A stretch of DNA of 64,000 bases from contig SHWB01000007.1 of the NCBI GenBank assembly GCA_009691025.1, forward strand, positions 28,231 to 92,230. Reading direction: 5' to 3'. The stretch's first letter is position 1. The number at the start of each line of letters is the position of its first letter. This DNA is from Alphaproteobacteria bacterium (GTDB lineage: Bacteria; Pseudomonadota; Alphaproteobacteria; UBA6615). The position numbers and the translations under genes were made by a program. This document shows, piece by piece, positions 21,101 through 32,983 of this stretch. Under the pieces are notes generated by a model. It searched no databases. It was not told the origin of the DNA and was given only the letters and a program-made list of their open reading frames with translations.

Positions 21101-21529
21101 ATGCTCGAGACAGTGGCCGACCGCCTGCTCGCCGCCATCGCCGCACGGCGCGACGATGTGGCGAAACGGACTTCGGAGCTGGTGCGCATTCCCTCGGTCA
21201 ATCCGCCCGGCGAGGCCTATGCCGAATGCTGCGAGGCGCTGGCGCTGCGGCTCGGCAATCGGCGCTTCCGCTGCGATTACCTGCGCGCCGAGGGCGCGCC
21301 GGGCTACAGCGACGCCCATCCGCGCCTCAACATCGTCACCCGTCGCGAGGGCGCGCGGCACGGGCCCTGCGTGCATTTCAACAGCCATATCGACGTCGCC
21401 GCCGCCGGCCAGGGCTGGACGGCGGACCCCTTCGGCGGCGAGATTTGCGACGGCATGGTCTGGGGCCGCGGCACGGCCGACATGGATGGTGGCCTCGCCG
21501 CCGCGCGCCTGCTGGGGACGCTCGCGTGA
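21101..21529 (+). pseudogene. Truncated M20-family peptidase (ArgE/DapE-like), N-terminal 142 aa only
   Basis: Ends just after the conserved GRGTADMDGG block (GRGxxDMKG equivalent); M20 peptidases are about 380-400 aa; the stop overlaps the GTG start of the next gene. Confidence 0.55.
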
Positions 21530-22551
21530 TCCTGCGCACCGGCGCGCGCAACCTGCTAACCGACGTTCCCGGACTCGTGGTCGGCAACGCGCAGGACGAG
21601 GCGATCCGCAGCGGCGTGACTGTGGTGTTGTCGGAGGACGACGACTTCGTCGCGGCGGTCGACATCCGGGGTGGTGGCACCGGCACGCGCGAGACGGCGG
21701 CCCTGGCGCCGGAGGGCGTCGTGCCAGCGGTGCACGGCATTGTGCTGTCGGGCGGTTCGGCCTTCGGCCTCGATGCGGCCGGCGGCGCCATGACCTGGCT
21801 GGCCGCGCAGGGGCGCGGCTTCGCTGTTGGCGCGGCGCGCGTGCCGGTAGTACCGCAGGCGATCCTGTTCGACCTGCTCAACGGCGGCGACAAGGGCTGG
21901 GCGGTGCGGCCGGATATGGCCAACCCCTATCGCGCGCTCGCCGTCGCGGCCTGCGCGGCGGCCGGCGCCGACTTTGCCCTCGGCACCGCCGGCGCGGGTT
22001 ACGGCGCCATGGCCGGGGGCCTCAAGGGCGGGCTCGGCAGCACCTCGATCGTGCACGAATCCGGTCTGACGGTAGGCGCGCTGGCGGCGGTGAACGCGCG
22101 CGGCTCGGTGCTGCTCGACGGCAGCGCCGCATTCAACGCCTGGGCGGTCGAGCGCGACGGCGAGTACGGCGCCGTGCCTCCGCCCGTAGCACCCCTGCCC
22201 GATCCCGACTGGAACCTCGCCGGCGCGCGCCTGCCGGCCAACACCACGCTCGCCATCGTCGCCACCGACCTCGCTCTGGACAAGGCGCAGGTGCAGCGCC
22301 TCGCCACGATGGCGCAGGCTGGCCTCGCCCGCGCCATCCGCCCGGTGTGGACGCCGCTCGACGGCGACGTGGTGTTCGCCGTCGCCACTGGCCGGCGCGC
22401 GCTGCGCGACCCCGTCGGTGACCTCGCGCTGGCCGGCGCGCTGGCGGCCGACTGTCTCGCCCGTGCCGCCGCGCGCGGTGTCTACAAGGCGAGCGACCTC
22501 GGCGCGATGCGCTGTTACCGGGAGATTTACGGCTCGGACGATGCGACCTAG
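21526..22551 (+). CDS. DmpA/OAT-type (S58/P1 family) L-aminopeptidase / D-esterase
   Basis: N-terminus RNLLTDVPGLVVGNAQDE...GVTVVL and overall S58-like pattern; GTG start at 21526 (GTGA overlap). Confidence 0.7.
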   Translation: MILRTGARNLLTDVPGLVVGNAQDEAIRSGVTVVLSEDDDFVAAVDIRGGGTGTRETAALAPEGVVPAVHGIVLSGGSAFGLDAAGGAMTWLAAQGRGFAVGAARVPVVPQAILFDLLNGGDKGWAVRPDMANPYRALAVAACAAAGADFALGTAGAGYGAMAGGLKGGLGSTSIVHESGLTVGALAAVNARGSVLLDGSAAFNAWAVERDGEYGAVPPPVAPLPDPDWNLAGARLPANTTLAIVATDLALDKAQVQRLATMAQAGLARAIRPVWTPLDGDVVFAVATGRRALRDPVGDLALAGALAADCLARAAARGVYKASDLGAMRCYREIYGSDDAT

Positions 22552-22639
22552 TGCTTTCCGGGCGCAGTGGACTCTCTTGTGTGGCCGGGTCGCGCCCGGC
22601 TTTCTGGTGGTGCCGCTCGTATTCGGGCCGCCACTTGCC

Positions 22640-22885
22640 TTCTTGAGGCTTTGCCGTCCTACGAAACCCATCGACTGGCCAAAATTTTCGGCGCTTCTGT
22701 TATTGTTTCTATAGTAGCGTATCCATTAGTATTGTTTATGGGTGTTCCCCCGTTCTTTGTGCTGAAAGCATGCAAGAGAGATGGAATTTTAAGGTATTTT
22801 CTGACAGGATTAGATCTAGGTGCATGTTTTTTCTTCTTGATGGCGCGTGCTTCGATACCGGACTCCCCGCGTCCTTTCTTTCTCT
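22640..22885. other. Low-GC (about 40%) islet with small ORF(s) encoding a predicted 2-TM peptide
   Basis: Sharp composition drop relative to the roughly 65-70% GC flanks; ORF 22567..22887 (hydrophobic segments IVSIVAYPLVLFMGVPPFFVL, LGACFFFLMA) uses atypical codons. Confidence 0.3.
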
Positions 22886-23197
22886 AATGCAGCTTGGCGC
22901 TGGCGGCGCCTTGACCGCCGGGCTGTTCTGGCTGATCGCCGGGCCCGACGGCGTCGACGCTCGGCTCGGCAGTGACCGAGCACTTGCTTACGGCGACTTG
23001 CCGGAGGCGGCGCAGGGAAGCAAGGCTGGGTAGAGCCGCCGCACCTCTACCGTTGCGGTTCGACCACCACCGTGCCGATCTTGTCGCCGATTTCGACCAA
23101 CTCGTGCGCGGCGGCGCAGTCGGCGCGCGGGAAGCGCGCCGCCGCCTGCGGTTGACCTTTGTCGGCGGGCGCCGAACGATGCGCCACAGGAGATCGC

Positions 23198-23611
23198 ATG
23201 CCCCGCTTTTCGCTTGATTCGCAACTCGCCGCCAGTACCGTGCGGCTCGCGCGCTGGAAGCTGTCCGATGCGCTGCTGTCGACGGACGCGACCTATCCAT
23301 GGCTGATCCTCGTGCCGCGCCGGGCGGGGGTTGTCGAGCTGACCGACCTGCCATGGGCCGACGCAATGGCCCTGACGGCGGAGATCCGCCACGCGTCGCG
23401 GGCTCTGACGGAGCTGTTTGCGCCGAACAAGATCAACGTCGCGGCGATCGGCAATCAGGTCCGCCAGTTGCACGTCCATGTCGTCGCCCGCTTCCGCGAC
23501 GATCCGGCTTGGCCGCGGCCGATCTGGGGCGCAACGCCCAGCCGCGCCTACGATCCGGCCGAACTCGCACGGCGACGCAAGGTGCTGGTGCGCGCCCTCA
23601 CGCAGGATTGA
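23198..23611 (+). CDS. HIT-family (histidine triad) hydrolase
   Basis: HVHVV histidine-triad motif; AGGAG RBS before the ATG at 23198. Confidence 0.8.
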   Translation: MPRFSLDSQLAASTVRLARWKLSDALLSTDATYPWLILVPRRAGVVELTDLPWADAMALTAEIRHASRALTELFAPNKINVAAIGNQVRQLHVHVVARFRDDPAWPRPIWGATPSRAYDPAELARRRKVLVRALTQD

Positions 23612-23713
23612 CGGGCGCCGGCGCGCGCGAAGCTGCCGACGCTTCTACCTTCTCCGGCGGGGGCATGGACGGGGGCAGCGCGTCCGTTCGGACGTGGTGC
23701 GAGGTGCGGAGTC

Positions 23714-23993
23714 CATGGACGACTTCCTGACCGGCATTGCCCTGATCGTACTGGGCGCCTTCATGTTCGCGGTTAGCTTCCCCCGCGAGGCACGCCGCCA
23801 TCGCCTGCGCGAGCACCGACGCGAAGCGGCTGCCGCCTGGCGCGACAGTGCGCTGCGCGTCCTGCGCTTCGCCGCCGCCGCAATCGGCGTGATGCGGGCG
23901 CTGGACGGCATCGTCTTCGCCATCGCCGGCCTCTACGGCGTCGAACTGTTCGCCCACGCCCCCGGCTTGCCGCGGGGGAACGAGCCTGTATAG
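23714..23993 (+). CDS. Small hypothetical membrane protein
   Basis: 93-aa ORF with two predicted TM helices upstream of argG. Confidence 0.3.
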
Positions 23994-24050
23994 TCCGGCC
24001 GCGCGCGCCGGGCGGGGCCCGGGCGCAGGCGGAAGCGGCAGGACGACTCC

Positions 24051-25265
<1,215 letters not shown>

Positions 25266-25964
25266 TCACCCCGGCCAGGCCGGCACCCCGATGGCGTAGG
25301 GGTGCAGCCAGACGAGGATGACAGTGAGCGCCAGCGCCACCAGCGGCCGCCACCAGCCGATGCCGGACCAGTCCATGCGCGTGCGGCGCTCGGCCAGCGC
25401 GCGGAACGGCAGGATAGAGGTGGTCATCAGGATCGGCCCCCAGGAGGCGCCGAGGCGGACCTCTTTCTTGCGGTCGATATGGAACATGCCGGCGACGGCG
25501 AGGGCGGCGAGGCCGCCCATCATCACGATGCCCGCCAGGTCGCCGCGCGCCACGATATGCGCGCCGGCCCACAGCACCACGCTCCACAGGAAGGGGTGGC
25601 GGGTGACGCGGAAAATGCCCGGCGCCGGGTTCTGCGGCGAGATCATCGCCTCGCTGCCGGCAGGCAGGGTCGGCGAGGCGGTGGTGAAGGCGCAGACGGC
25701 CAGCAGCAGGGCCACCGGCATGATCGCGACCGGCACCCAGGCGAGCCCGCCGCCGCCCGGCCACAGGCCGACGAAGGGCGCATCGCGCCAGGCCGAGACC
25801 ATCCACACGAAGGTCGCCAGCGCGACGGCCGAATAGAGCAGCATGAAGCCGCGCTCGCCCAGCCGGGCCGCCAGCGGCGTGCGCAGCGGCGCCGAGGCCA
25901 GCAGGATATGCGTGGCCACGAAGGTGGCGGTGGCGGCGATGAGCGCGTCGAGCCCGGGCTGCAT
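25266..25964 (-). CDS. nnrU: NnrU-family membrane protein
   Basis: 232 aa, multi-TM, NnrU-like blocks (RHPFLWSVVLWAGAH). Confidence 0.7.
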   Translation of the reverse strand: MQPGLDALIAATATFVATHILLASAPLRTPLAARLGERGFMLLYSAVALATFVWMVSAWRDAPFVGLWPGGGGLAWVPVAIMPVALLLAVCAFTTASPTLPAGSEAMISPQNPAPGIFRVTRHPFLWSVVLWAGAHIVARGDLAGIVMMGGLAALAVAGMFHIDRKKEVRLGASWGPILMTTSILPFRALAERRTRMDWSGIGWWRPLVALALTVILVWLHPYAIGVPAWPG

Positions 25965-26099
25965 ACGCTGGCCTCCAGGTCAGGGCTCCTGTCTCGTCTT
26001 CTCGCTGGGCCGCGTCAAGCCCGGGCGAACCGACCGGTCGCCAGCGGCAGGGGCGCTTCGCCGGCTTTGCCTCCCCGCGATGACGGCGTATGAGAGGCC

Positions 26100-26387
26100 A
26101 TGACCGCCTACTAAGACAGGCTCGACCCCATCGCCCGCGCCATCATCGAGGCGCTTTCCGCGCGCCCGGCGGGCGCCTCGATCGCCGGCGAGGAGGTGGC
26201 GCAGGCTATCGCCGAGAAGCGCCGCCGCCCGGCCGACCCGCCCGATCTGTGGCGGCGCTTCCTGCCGGCGGTGCGCCAGCAGGCCCTGCATTTCGCGCGC
26301 GCCGGCCGCATCGAATTCCTGCGCAAGGGCAAGCCGGCCGACCCGGAAGCCGTCAGGGGCGCCGTGCGCTACCGGCTGGCGAGCTGA
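26100..26387 (+). pseudogene. DUF3253-family protein with an in-frame TAA at codon 5 (26112-26114)
   Basis: MTAY[TAA]DRLDPIARAIIEALSARPAGASIAGEEVAQAIA...[42 protein letters not shown]: the full DUF3253 domain is in one frame with ATG at 26100, and no canonical start exists between the stop and the conserved domain. Confidence 0.45.
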
Positions 26388-27283
26388 GCGGGCACGGCGA
26401 GGCCGCGCCGCCGGCACGCCGCCGTCACCGTATTGGCCAGCAGGCAGGCGATGGTCATCGGCCCGACACCGCCGGGCACCGGCGTGATGGCGCCGGCCAC
26501 CGCCTTCGCTTCCTCGAAGGCGACGTCGCCGACGAGGCGCGTGCCGTCCGGCTTCTCCGCCGTCGGCGCGGCGACGCGATTGATGCCAACATCGATGACC
26601 GTCGCGCCGGGTTTTACCCAATCGCCGCGGATCATTTCGGGGCGGCCGACGGCGGCGACGAGGATGTCGGAGGAGCGGCATCGCGCAGCGATATCGCGCG
26701 TGCGCGAATGCGCCACCGTGACCGTGCAATTCTCGCCGATGAGCAGCTGCGCCATCGGTCGTCCGACCAGCACCGAGCGGCCAACGACGACGGCGTCGGC
26801 GCCCGACAGATCACCCAGACGGTCCTTCAACAGCATCAGCGAGCCGAGCGGCGTGCAGGGCACGAGCGCCCTGTCCATGCTGCCGCTGGCCAGCAGCCCG
26901 GCATTGACGACGTGCAGCCCGTCGACGTCCTTGGCCGGGTCGATGGCGGCGATTACGCGGGTCTGGTCGAGGCCCTTCGGCAACGGCAACTGCACGAGGA
27001 TGCCGTCGACGGCGGGATCGGCATTGAGACGTGCGACCAGAGCCTCCAGCTCGGCCTGCGCCGTAGTCGCCGGCAGGCGATGGTCGAAATGCCCGAGCCC
27101 GGCCTGCTCGGCCGCCCGGCTCTTGCTGCGCACATAGACCTGCGAGGCGGGGTCCTCGCCGACCAGCACCACGGCGAGGCCGGGGACGACACCGTGCGCC
27201 GTCTTCAGTTCGGCCGCCGCCGCGCCGACGCGGGCGCGCAGCCCGTCGGCGAAGGCTTTGCCGTCGATGATCGCCGCAGTCAT
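26369..27283 (-). CDS. folD: Bifunctional methylenetetrahydrofolate dehydrogenase / methenyl-THF cyclohydrolase
   Basis: Full-length 304 aa with conserved FolD blocks. Confidence 0.9.
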   Translation of the reverse strand: MTAAIIDGKAFADGLRARVGAAAAELKTAHGVVPGLAVVLVGEDPASQVYVRSKSRAAEQAGLGHFDHRLPATTAQAELEALVARLNADPAVDGILVQLPLPKGLDQTRVIAAIDPAKDVDGLHVVNAGLLASGSMDRALVPCTPLGSLMLLKDRLGDLSGADAVVVGRSVLVGRPMAQLLIGENCTVTVAHSRTRDIAARCRSSDILVAAVGRPEMIRGDWVKPGATVIDVGINRVAAPTAEKPDGTRLVGDVAFEEAKAVAGAITPVPGGVGPMTIACLLANTVTAACRRRGLAVPAQLASR

Positions 27284-27618
27284 GCGGATACCCCTTCTGC
27301 GTGGGTGAGCCAGGCTTCCAGCCGGGCTGCGAGCGATGACGGATCGCCCGAAACGGTGACGGCCCGGAGCCGGCCGCTTGTGCCCAACGTGACGGCGAGG
27401 GCGGATTTCGGTACGTCACAGGCGGCGGCGAGTAGCGCCAGCACGGCGGCATTGGCCGCGCCCTCGGCCGGCGGCGCCGTCACGGCGACGCGGAGGGCCG
27501 GCACGTCGGGCAGGGCTATGGTGCCGCCGGCACCGGCGCGACGGGCGCGCGGCGTCACCCGCACGCGCACGGCGAGGCCTTCGCGCACCGGCCGCCAGGG
27601 CCGCTCAGATGGGGCCAT
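27280..27618 (-). CDS. DUF167 (YggU-like) protein
   Basis: [13 protein letters not shown]...[19 protein letters not shown] pattern typical of DUF167; overlaps folD start and yggT end. Confidence 0.65.
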   Translation of the reverse strand: MAPSERPWRPVREGLAVRVRVTPRARRAGAGGTIALPDVPALRVAVTAPPAEGAANAAVLALLAAACDVPKSALAVTLGTSGRLRAVTVSGDPSSLAARLEAWLTHAEGVSA

Positions 27619-27886
27619 ACTCGCGCAGCAGGCTGCGCAGCAGCCAGATCGCCAGTAGCAGGACCAGCGGCGAGATGTCGACGCCGCCGATCGACGGCAC
27701 GACTTGCCGGATCGGCCGCAGCAGCGGCTCGGTGATGCGGTAGAGGAAGTCACCGACGACATAGACGATGCGGTTCGACGTGTTGAGCACGTTGAACTGC
27801 ACCAGCCAAGTCAGCACGACCGAGATGATCAGGGCCCAAGTGTAGAGCTCGAGCACGATGTCGATCAGCAGAAACAGCGATTGCAT
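27605..27886 (-). CDS. yggT: YggT-family membrane protein
   Basis: About 93 aa, two TM helices, conserved YggT C-terminal region. Confidence 0.7.
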   Translation of the reverse strand: MQSLFLLIDIVLELYTWALIISVVLTWLVQFNVLNTSNRIVYVVGDFLYRITEPLLRPIRQVVPSIGGVDISPLVLLLAIWLLRSLLREYGPI

Positions 27887-28018
27887 CGGCGGCTCGGCTC
27901 CCCGCGGCAGGCGGCGCGAGACTAGCCCCCGCCGCGCGGCCAAGTCCAGCGAAGGGGGCGGGCATGGGACCCCTTTCCCCCCGACGGGCGGAGAGGGCTA
28001 TCTCGCCCCGCCCCGCGC

Positions 28019-28047
28019 CTTGACAGCGCGGGGGGCCATCAACAATA
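28019..28047 (+). promoter_or_regulatory. Candidate sigma70-type promoter for tRNA-Ala (TTGACA-17 nt-CAATAT)
   Basis: Consensus -35 hexamer at 28019-28024 and a -10-like hexamer 17 nt downstream, about 50 nt upstream of the tRNA. Confidence 0.3.
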
Positions 28048-28098
28048 TCCGCCGTCCCGACGCCGGGGGCCGATGGTGCCCGCCGGTCTGGCCACGGT

Positions 28099-28174
28099 GG
28101 GGCCGTAGCTCAGTTGGGAGAGCGCCTCGTTCGCAATGAGGAGGTCAGGGGTTCGATTCCCCTCGGCTCCACCA
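28099..28174 (+). tRNA. tRNA-Ala (anticodon CGC)
   Basis: Cloverleaf with GGGGCCG acceptor stem, G3:U70 alanine identity pair, anticodon loop tTCGCAa, TPsiC arm GGTTCGATTCC, encoded CCA. Confidence 0.9.
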
Positions 28175-28209
28175 CTCTCTTTCATGACATTCGCACAGAA
28201 TTGACGGAG

Positions 28210-28229
28210 CCGGCGGAAGCCGCCGGTTT
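28210..28229 (+). terminator. Hairpin (CCGGCGG-aag-CCGCCGG) followed by a short T tract downstream of tRNA-Ala
   Basis: Perfect 7-bp GC stem with a 3-nt loop and TTT; a second longer inverted repeat lies at 28272-28319. Confidence 0.3.
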
Positions 28230-28369
28230 CCGCCACTTTCGCGCCCGCTTTCAGGGCAAACCTTGGCAGAGACGCCGCTGATCGGTGGCTGAAGCCGCCT
28301 TTTGGGGCCGGCGTCTCTGTAGCCCCTTTTCCGCAGCCAACACTTCGCCATGACTGTCTGTAACCCCTC

Positions 28370-28900
28370 TCAGGCAAAGCCGAGCAGGCGGCGCTGATCG
28401 GCCCAGAGGGCCGGCAGATCAGGCCCACGCTTGAGCGCGGAGACCGTGAGTTCGACCGGCTGCCGGCCGGCCAGGATCGCCTCGACGATGTCGGGGGCGA
28501 GGAAGGCCAGCGGGAGGATACGGCTCGCATCTCCATGGTCGATGCCATGGCGCCGCGCGAGATCGCGGATCGAGGCTACCGCGCCATCCTTGATCTCCCC
28601 GAACCAGGCGTGCGCCTGGGCGGTCAGGGAGATGAGTCGACCGTCGGGCGTTGGCGGCTGTCCCTTGCCAGGGATGACCAGTTTCGTTTCGGCGCCGCGG
28701 CGCCGGGTGGAGATCGGACACTCGATCGCCAACGAAACGGTGGTTGCGGTGGCCGACCTCTCCTGCACCTGTTCGCCCTCTACACGGAGCTTCGCCCGAA
28801 GGCGGCCTCGGCGGACCGTGATGCGGAGATGCTGCTCGTCTGGCCCGAGCTCAAGGCGAAGCCGGCCGGGAGAGGGTGCACCGAGCCGCCATCTGCCAAG
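28370..28900 (-). pseudogene. Remnant (C-terminal portion) of a serine-recombinase-family protein adjacent to tRNA-Ala
   Basis: C-terminal tail ...[49 protein letters not shown] resembles a conserved tail of resolvase/recombinase proteins of alphaproteobacterial mobile elements; no catalytic N-terminal domain recognisable. Confidence 0.35.
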
Positions 28901-29637
28901 TTCCCGACGCCGTCCGGCGACGAGCCAGATCAGATCCGGAAACCGACGAAGCCACGGCATGGCATCTGGCCGCCCGCACGCGGCCTCGTACTGCGCAAGT
29001 TCGCGAAGGATCATCCGATCCCATTGTGGCAGCCAGACTTCCCCGCAGCACTGACCGATCCTGCCGGCACGCGCGATTCGCGCTTCACGATCGAGGCCAC
29101 AGCAGTCGCCGTCTGCGCAGGGCCGACGGCCTACGGTGCTCGCCGGCCGTAGCACAGCCGGCAAAACCACACGACGCAGGATCTGAACCTCGCCCATTGG
29201 CTCCTGCTGCCGCTGTGCGAGGACGAAGAAGAGCTTGAACTGACACTGCGTGTCGCGCGCCACCGGGCAAGCCGGCTTGTCACCGAGGACCGGGCGCAGT
29301 TGTGCATTGCGAGGTTGGCAAAGGTCCTGCTGGACCGACGATGCCTCTCCAAAGCGGAACTTGAATGCTGGCTCGACGCCGCAGTCTGCAGACCCCGGAA
29401 AACACGGCCTATGGCTCGGCCCCACCGGGTTCCGCCCCTCAAGTGCTACGAGCTACATCGAGGCTGACCAGCCTGAACGGTCTCACCTTCCGAACGAGCG
29501 TCCTGCGGCCCATTGCATGCGGGTTCGCAGAGGGATCAAATGCTCATCAAACAGGCCTCCAGCGCCCGCTGCCTCGCCTGACTTCGGCCTCGATTGGGGA
29601 AGCCTTGGACCAGACACTGAACGCACCGGCGCCGGCG

Positions 29638-30831
29638 ATGCCGACCTCTTATGCCGACATCAAGCGCGCCGCCGAGGCGCTGGTGCCGCTGATCGAGGCC
29701 GAGGCCGACGAGGCCGAGCGCCAGTACCACCAGTCCGACAAGGTGGTCGACGCCTTCCGCAAGGACGGTATCTACACGATGCTCGGACCGCGCGGGAACG
29801 GCGGCGCCGAGCTGGCCTATGTCGATGCCATGCGCATCGCCGAGCGCCTGTGCCACGCTGACGGCTCGACCGGCTGGTGCGCCATGGTGATGAACGTGCA
29901 CGCCGCCTCGGCGGGCGCCTTCCTGCCACAGGCCGGCATTGACATCGTCTACCCCAACGGCGCCGACGTGCTGGTGGCCGGCCAGGGCGTGCCGCGCGGT
30001 TACGCGCGCGCCGTCGATGGCGGCTACCAGGTGAAGGGCCTGTGGAGCTACGGCAGCGGCATCTGGCACGCCGAATGGGTGCATTCCGGCTGCTTCGTCA
30101 TGGACGGCGAGATGATGCGGCGCGACGCGCATGGCCGCCCGGTCGTCGTCGTCGTGCATCACCCGATGGCCGACGCCGAGCTCAAGGGCAACTGGGACGT
30201 CCTCGGCCTGCGCGGCACCGGCAGCTACGACTACGCCATCAAGGGCGGCGGCGAGATCTTTATCCCGCACCACCTCTGCTACTGGGGCGAAAACCCGCCG
30301 GTCGAGCGCGGTGGCGTGCAATATGCCGGCGGCTTCGTAGCCATGGCCAACTGGGGCCATACGAGCTGGGCCATGGGCATGGGCCGCCGCGTGCTCGACG
30401 AGCTGGCGGCCAATGCGCGCGCCCGCACCGACGTGTTCGGGCCGCTGCACAAGAGCACCACCTTCCGCGCCCAGTTTGCCGAGGCCGAGGCCAAGTACCG
30501 CGCCGGCCGGGCGCTGACCTACGAGTCCTGGGAAGACCTCTGCGAGAGCTTCGCCCAGGGCAAGTCGGCGACGGTGGAACAGTTCGCGCTGATCCGGCTC
30601 GCCATGCGCCACATGCACGATGTCATCTCGGAGATCGCGACCTTTGCTCATCGCGCCTCGCGCGGCGCGAGCCTGCGGCCCTGCCGCCTGCAACGCGCCT
30701 ACCGCGACATCCACTCCGGCACGCAGCACATCCTGATGGCCGACGAAATCTACGCCGAGTGCGGCCACGCGCTGCTCGGCACGCTCGGGCCCAACGCCAA
30801 GTGGACACTGCTCGGCCTGACGGACGATTAA
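29638..30831 (+). CDS. Acyl-CoA dehydrogenase-like flavin-dependent monooxygenase/oxidoreductase (ACAD type 2 family)
   Basis: About 397 aa with ACAD-fold blocks (GWCAMVMNVH, LRGTGSYDY); ATG at 29638. Confidence 0.65.
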   Translation: MPTSYADIKRAAEALVPLIEAEADEAERQYHQSDKVVDAFRKDGIYTMLGPRGNGGAELAYVDAMRIAERLCHADGSTGWCAMVMNVHAASAGAFLPQAGIDIVYPNGADVLVAGQGVPRGYARAVDGGYQVKGLWSYGSGIWHAEWVHSGCFVMDGEMMRRDAHGRPVVVVVHHPMADAELKGNWDVLGLRGTGSYDYAIKGGGEIFIPHHLCYWGENPPVERGGVQYAGGFVAMANWGHTSWAMGMGRRVLDELAANARARTDVFGPLHKSTTFRAQFAEAEAKYRAGRALTYESWEDLCESFAQGKSATVEQFALIRLAMRHMHDVISEIATFAHRASRGASLRPCRLQRAYRDIHSGTQHILMADEIYAECGHALLGTLGPNAKWTLLGLTDD

Positions 30832-31446
30832 CGCTTACGTCGGCAGCACCGCACGCTCCCGCCGGAGAGAAGCTCACCGGTGGGCTGGCTGGCGAGTGAA
30901 CGGCGAACGACGATGCGACCGGTGCCGTGGGAGCCATTGGTTCCGCGCGCGTTCAGCTGTTGCGGCTCGACGCCGACATCCCGCGATCGATCAAGGGGGA
31001 GGGCCGTGCCAGAGACCTCCGTTACGCTCTTCGGAGACCTCTCCAAACCTGCCAGCACACTGGCCGAGAAAATCCTGGAGGCATTGGGCGCGTGTCTTGG
31101 CCACGGCAGCTACAGCGTGTTGCTGCAGCCGACGCCGGTGTCACGGAAGTCAGGGCCACGGCAGAAGCGGCTGCGAGGCTCATTCTCAAGCGAGCCGAGA
31201 TCGAGGCGGACGATCTTACGCTTCGCTCGTCCCACTTTCGTGCCGCCGGCGAAACTGCCCGTCCCGGGGGCGACGCACAACTCGGCAGCGCCCGGTGTCC
31301 GCGCGCCACGGCGTCTGCTCAGCCTCAAGGTCTTGATCTGCATACGAAAAGCGCACGGGTGAGGCCGGGTGGACGGCGGTTACTGGCGCTCTCTGTCCTG
31401 ATGTGCCGTCTGCCTGTTCGCTGTCGGCCAAGCCCCGCTCGACGGG

Positions 31447-31585
31447 AGGAAATACCCTGTTTTGGGCGTTTGAATTCCCTGTTCCTGGTCCTAGGGAATT
31501 CGGCCCGAAACCGCAGTGTTATCCGTGGGTTGTACCGGGGCAATTCGCCTCTGATGGCCCGAAGGCAAAGGAATTCCCTGTTCCT
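31447..31585. repeat. Iteron-like direct repeats GAATTCCCTGTTCC (2 perfect copies plus degenerate copies) in a lower-GC non-coding stretch
   Basis: Perfect 14-mers at 31473-31486 and 31571-31584; degenerate AATACCCTGTT at 31451 and GGAATTCGGCC at 31494. Confidence 0.4.
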
Positions 31586-31731
31586 TCGCCGGAGTACCGA
31601 CTGCTCTCAACGGAGACGGGTTAGCTCCTGCCTCTCAGCACCACCAATTCCTTGCCCGCCCGCGCGCGGATCGGCTGCCGCAAACCCTGTTTGCCGGGCC
31701 CCCGGTCGTTCGGCGGGGCAAGGCGGCCCGC

Positions 31732-32604
31732 TCAGGCGGGCCGGCCCGGTTCCGGCGGCGGGGTGAAGATCATGTCGCGCCGCACGGCGTCGAGATCGGC
31801 GCAGCCCAGCATGGCCTGGGCGTTGGCCAGCTCGTCGCGCAGCAGGCCGGCGGCGCGCGCCGCGCCGGCCTTGCCGCCGGCCGAGACGCCATAGAGGAAG
31901 GCGCGGCCGGCGAAGCAGAAATCGACGCCGAGCGCGATGGCCTTCAGGATGTCGGAGCCGCGCCGTATGCCGCCGCCGAAGAGCAGCGGCCGGGCCTCCG
32001 GCACCGCCTGCCGCACCTCGCACAAGCTGTCGATGCTGGCGGGCATGAAGTCCAGCCGGTTGCCGCCGTGGTTCGACACGACGACCGCGTCGGCGCCAGC
32101 CGGCAGGCCGTCGCCACGTCTCCGGGGGCGAAGCAGGCCCTTGATCACCAGCTTGCCGCGCCAGTGCGCGCGGATGCTCTCCATGTCGCTCCACACCAGG
32201 GTGGGCGGCCACACGGTGGCGAAGAAGCGCAGGATGTCCGTCGGCGAGCTGCCGGGCGGCGCATAGGGCTGCCAGCTCTCCGCCGCCGGCATCCCGCCAT
32301 TGGCGAGGAAGCGGCACAGCCAGTCCTGGTGGCTCAGCAAATTGGTGAAGATTCCCGGCCATTTGCGCCAGTCGATCCCGCCGCGCAGCGACACGCCGGT
32401 GCGCAGCGGCACCTCGCTGCGGTTGGCCACCGGGTAGTTCACCGCGACGGCCAGCACCTCGACTCCGGCATTGCGCGCCTGCGCCATCATCCCCTCGGTG
32501 ATGGCGTGGGCCTTCGCCGGATAGATCTAGCTCAAGACCTGCCCGGGCGCGATGCGGGCAACGGTCTCGCTCGCCGCCTCCGACATCACCGGCTTACGCC
32601 CGCG
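31732..32604 (-). pseudogene. FMN-dependent alpha-hydroxy acid dehydrogenase (LldD/glycolate oxidase family), N-terminally truncated with an in-frame TAG at 32527-32529
   Basis: C-terminal 252 aa carry VVVSNHGGNRLD and the FMN-binding end; homology continues upstream in frame across the TAG (...IAPGQVLS[TAG]IYPAKAHAITEGMMAQARNAGVEVLAVAVN) and is then lost in the low-GC insert at about 32600. Confidence 0.5.
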
Positions 32605-32709
32605 TTAATTGGTGGCGCCCTTACCGTAATCCGCATTTAGGGTGCTTTCCAACGCCATAAAGAGTATTTGCAGCGCTTCAATTATTAGGTCTTTTACTCT
32701 TTCTCGGTA

Positions 32710-32982
32710 TTATTGCACTTTAGCGTCTTTTCTTTCTAGGACATCCGCAGACCAATGTGTTCTCTCATTTCCAATCGAAAGATCATCGACCTCACTCGCC
32801 ACACCTATGAATACATCCAGAACATCGTCGGGCAAACACGCTAACCCGCCACGGATATCTGCCAAATCTTGACACGCAAGCAGTAAGTCTTGCTCTCCGG
32901 CAAGAGCGCGTTCTGCAATCTGTCTTGTAAGCGCCAGCATCACGGGATTGCTTCCGCAATGGGCATTCATGAGGGGCCTCAC
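32710..32982 (-). CDS. Small ORF (90 aa) of foreign composition inside a low-GC islet; function unknown
   Basis: About 50% GC with A/T-ending codons atypical for this genome; abuts the LLM gene stop; no recognisable domain. Confidence 0.3.
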   Translation of the reverse strand: MRPLMNAHCGSNPVMLALTRQIAERALAGEQDLLLACQDLADIRGGLACLPDDVLDVFIGVASEVDDLSIGNERTHWSADVLERKDAKVQ

Positions 32983-32983
32983 C

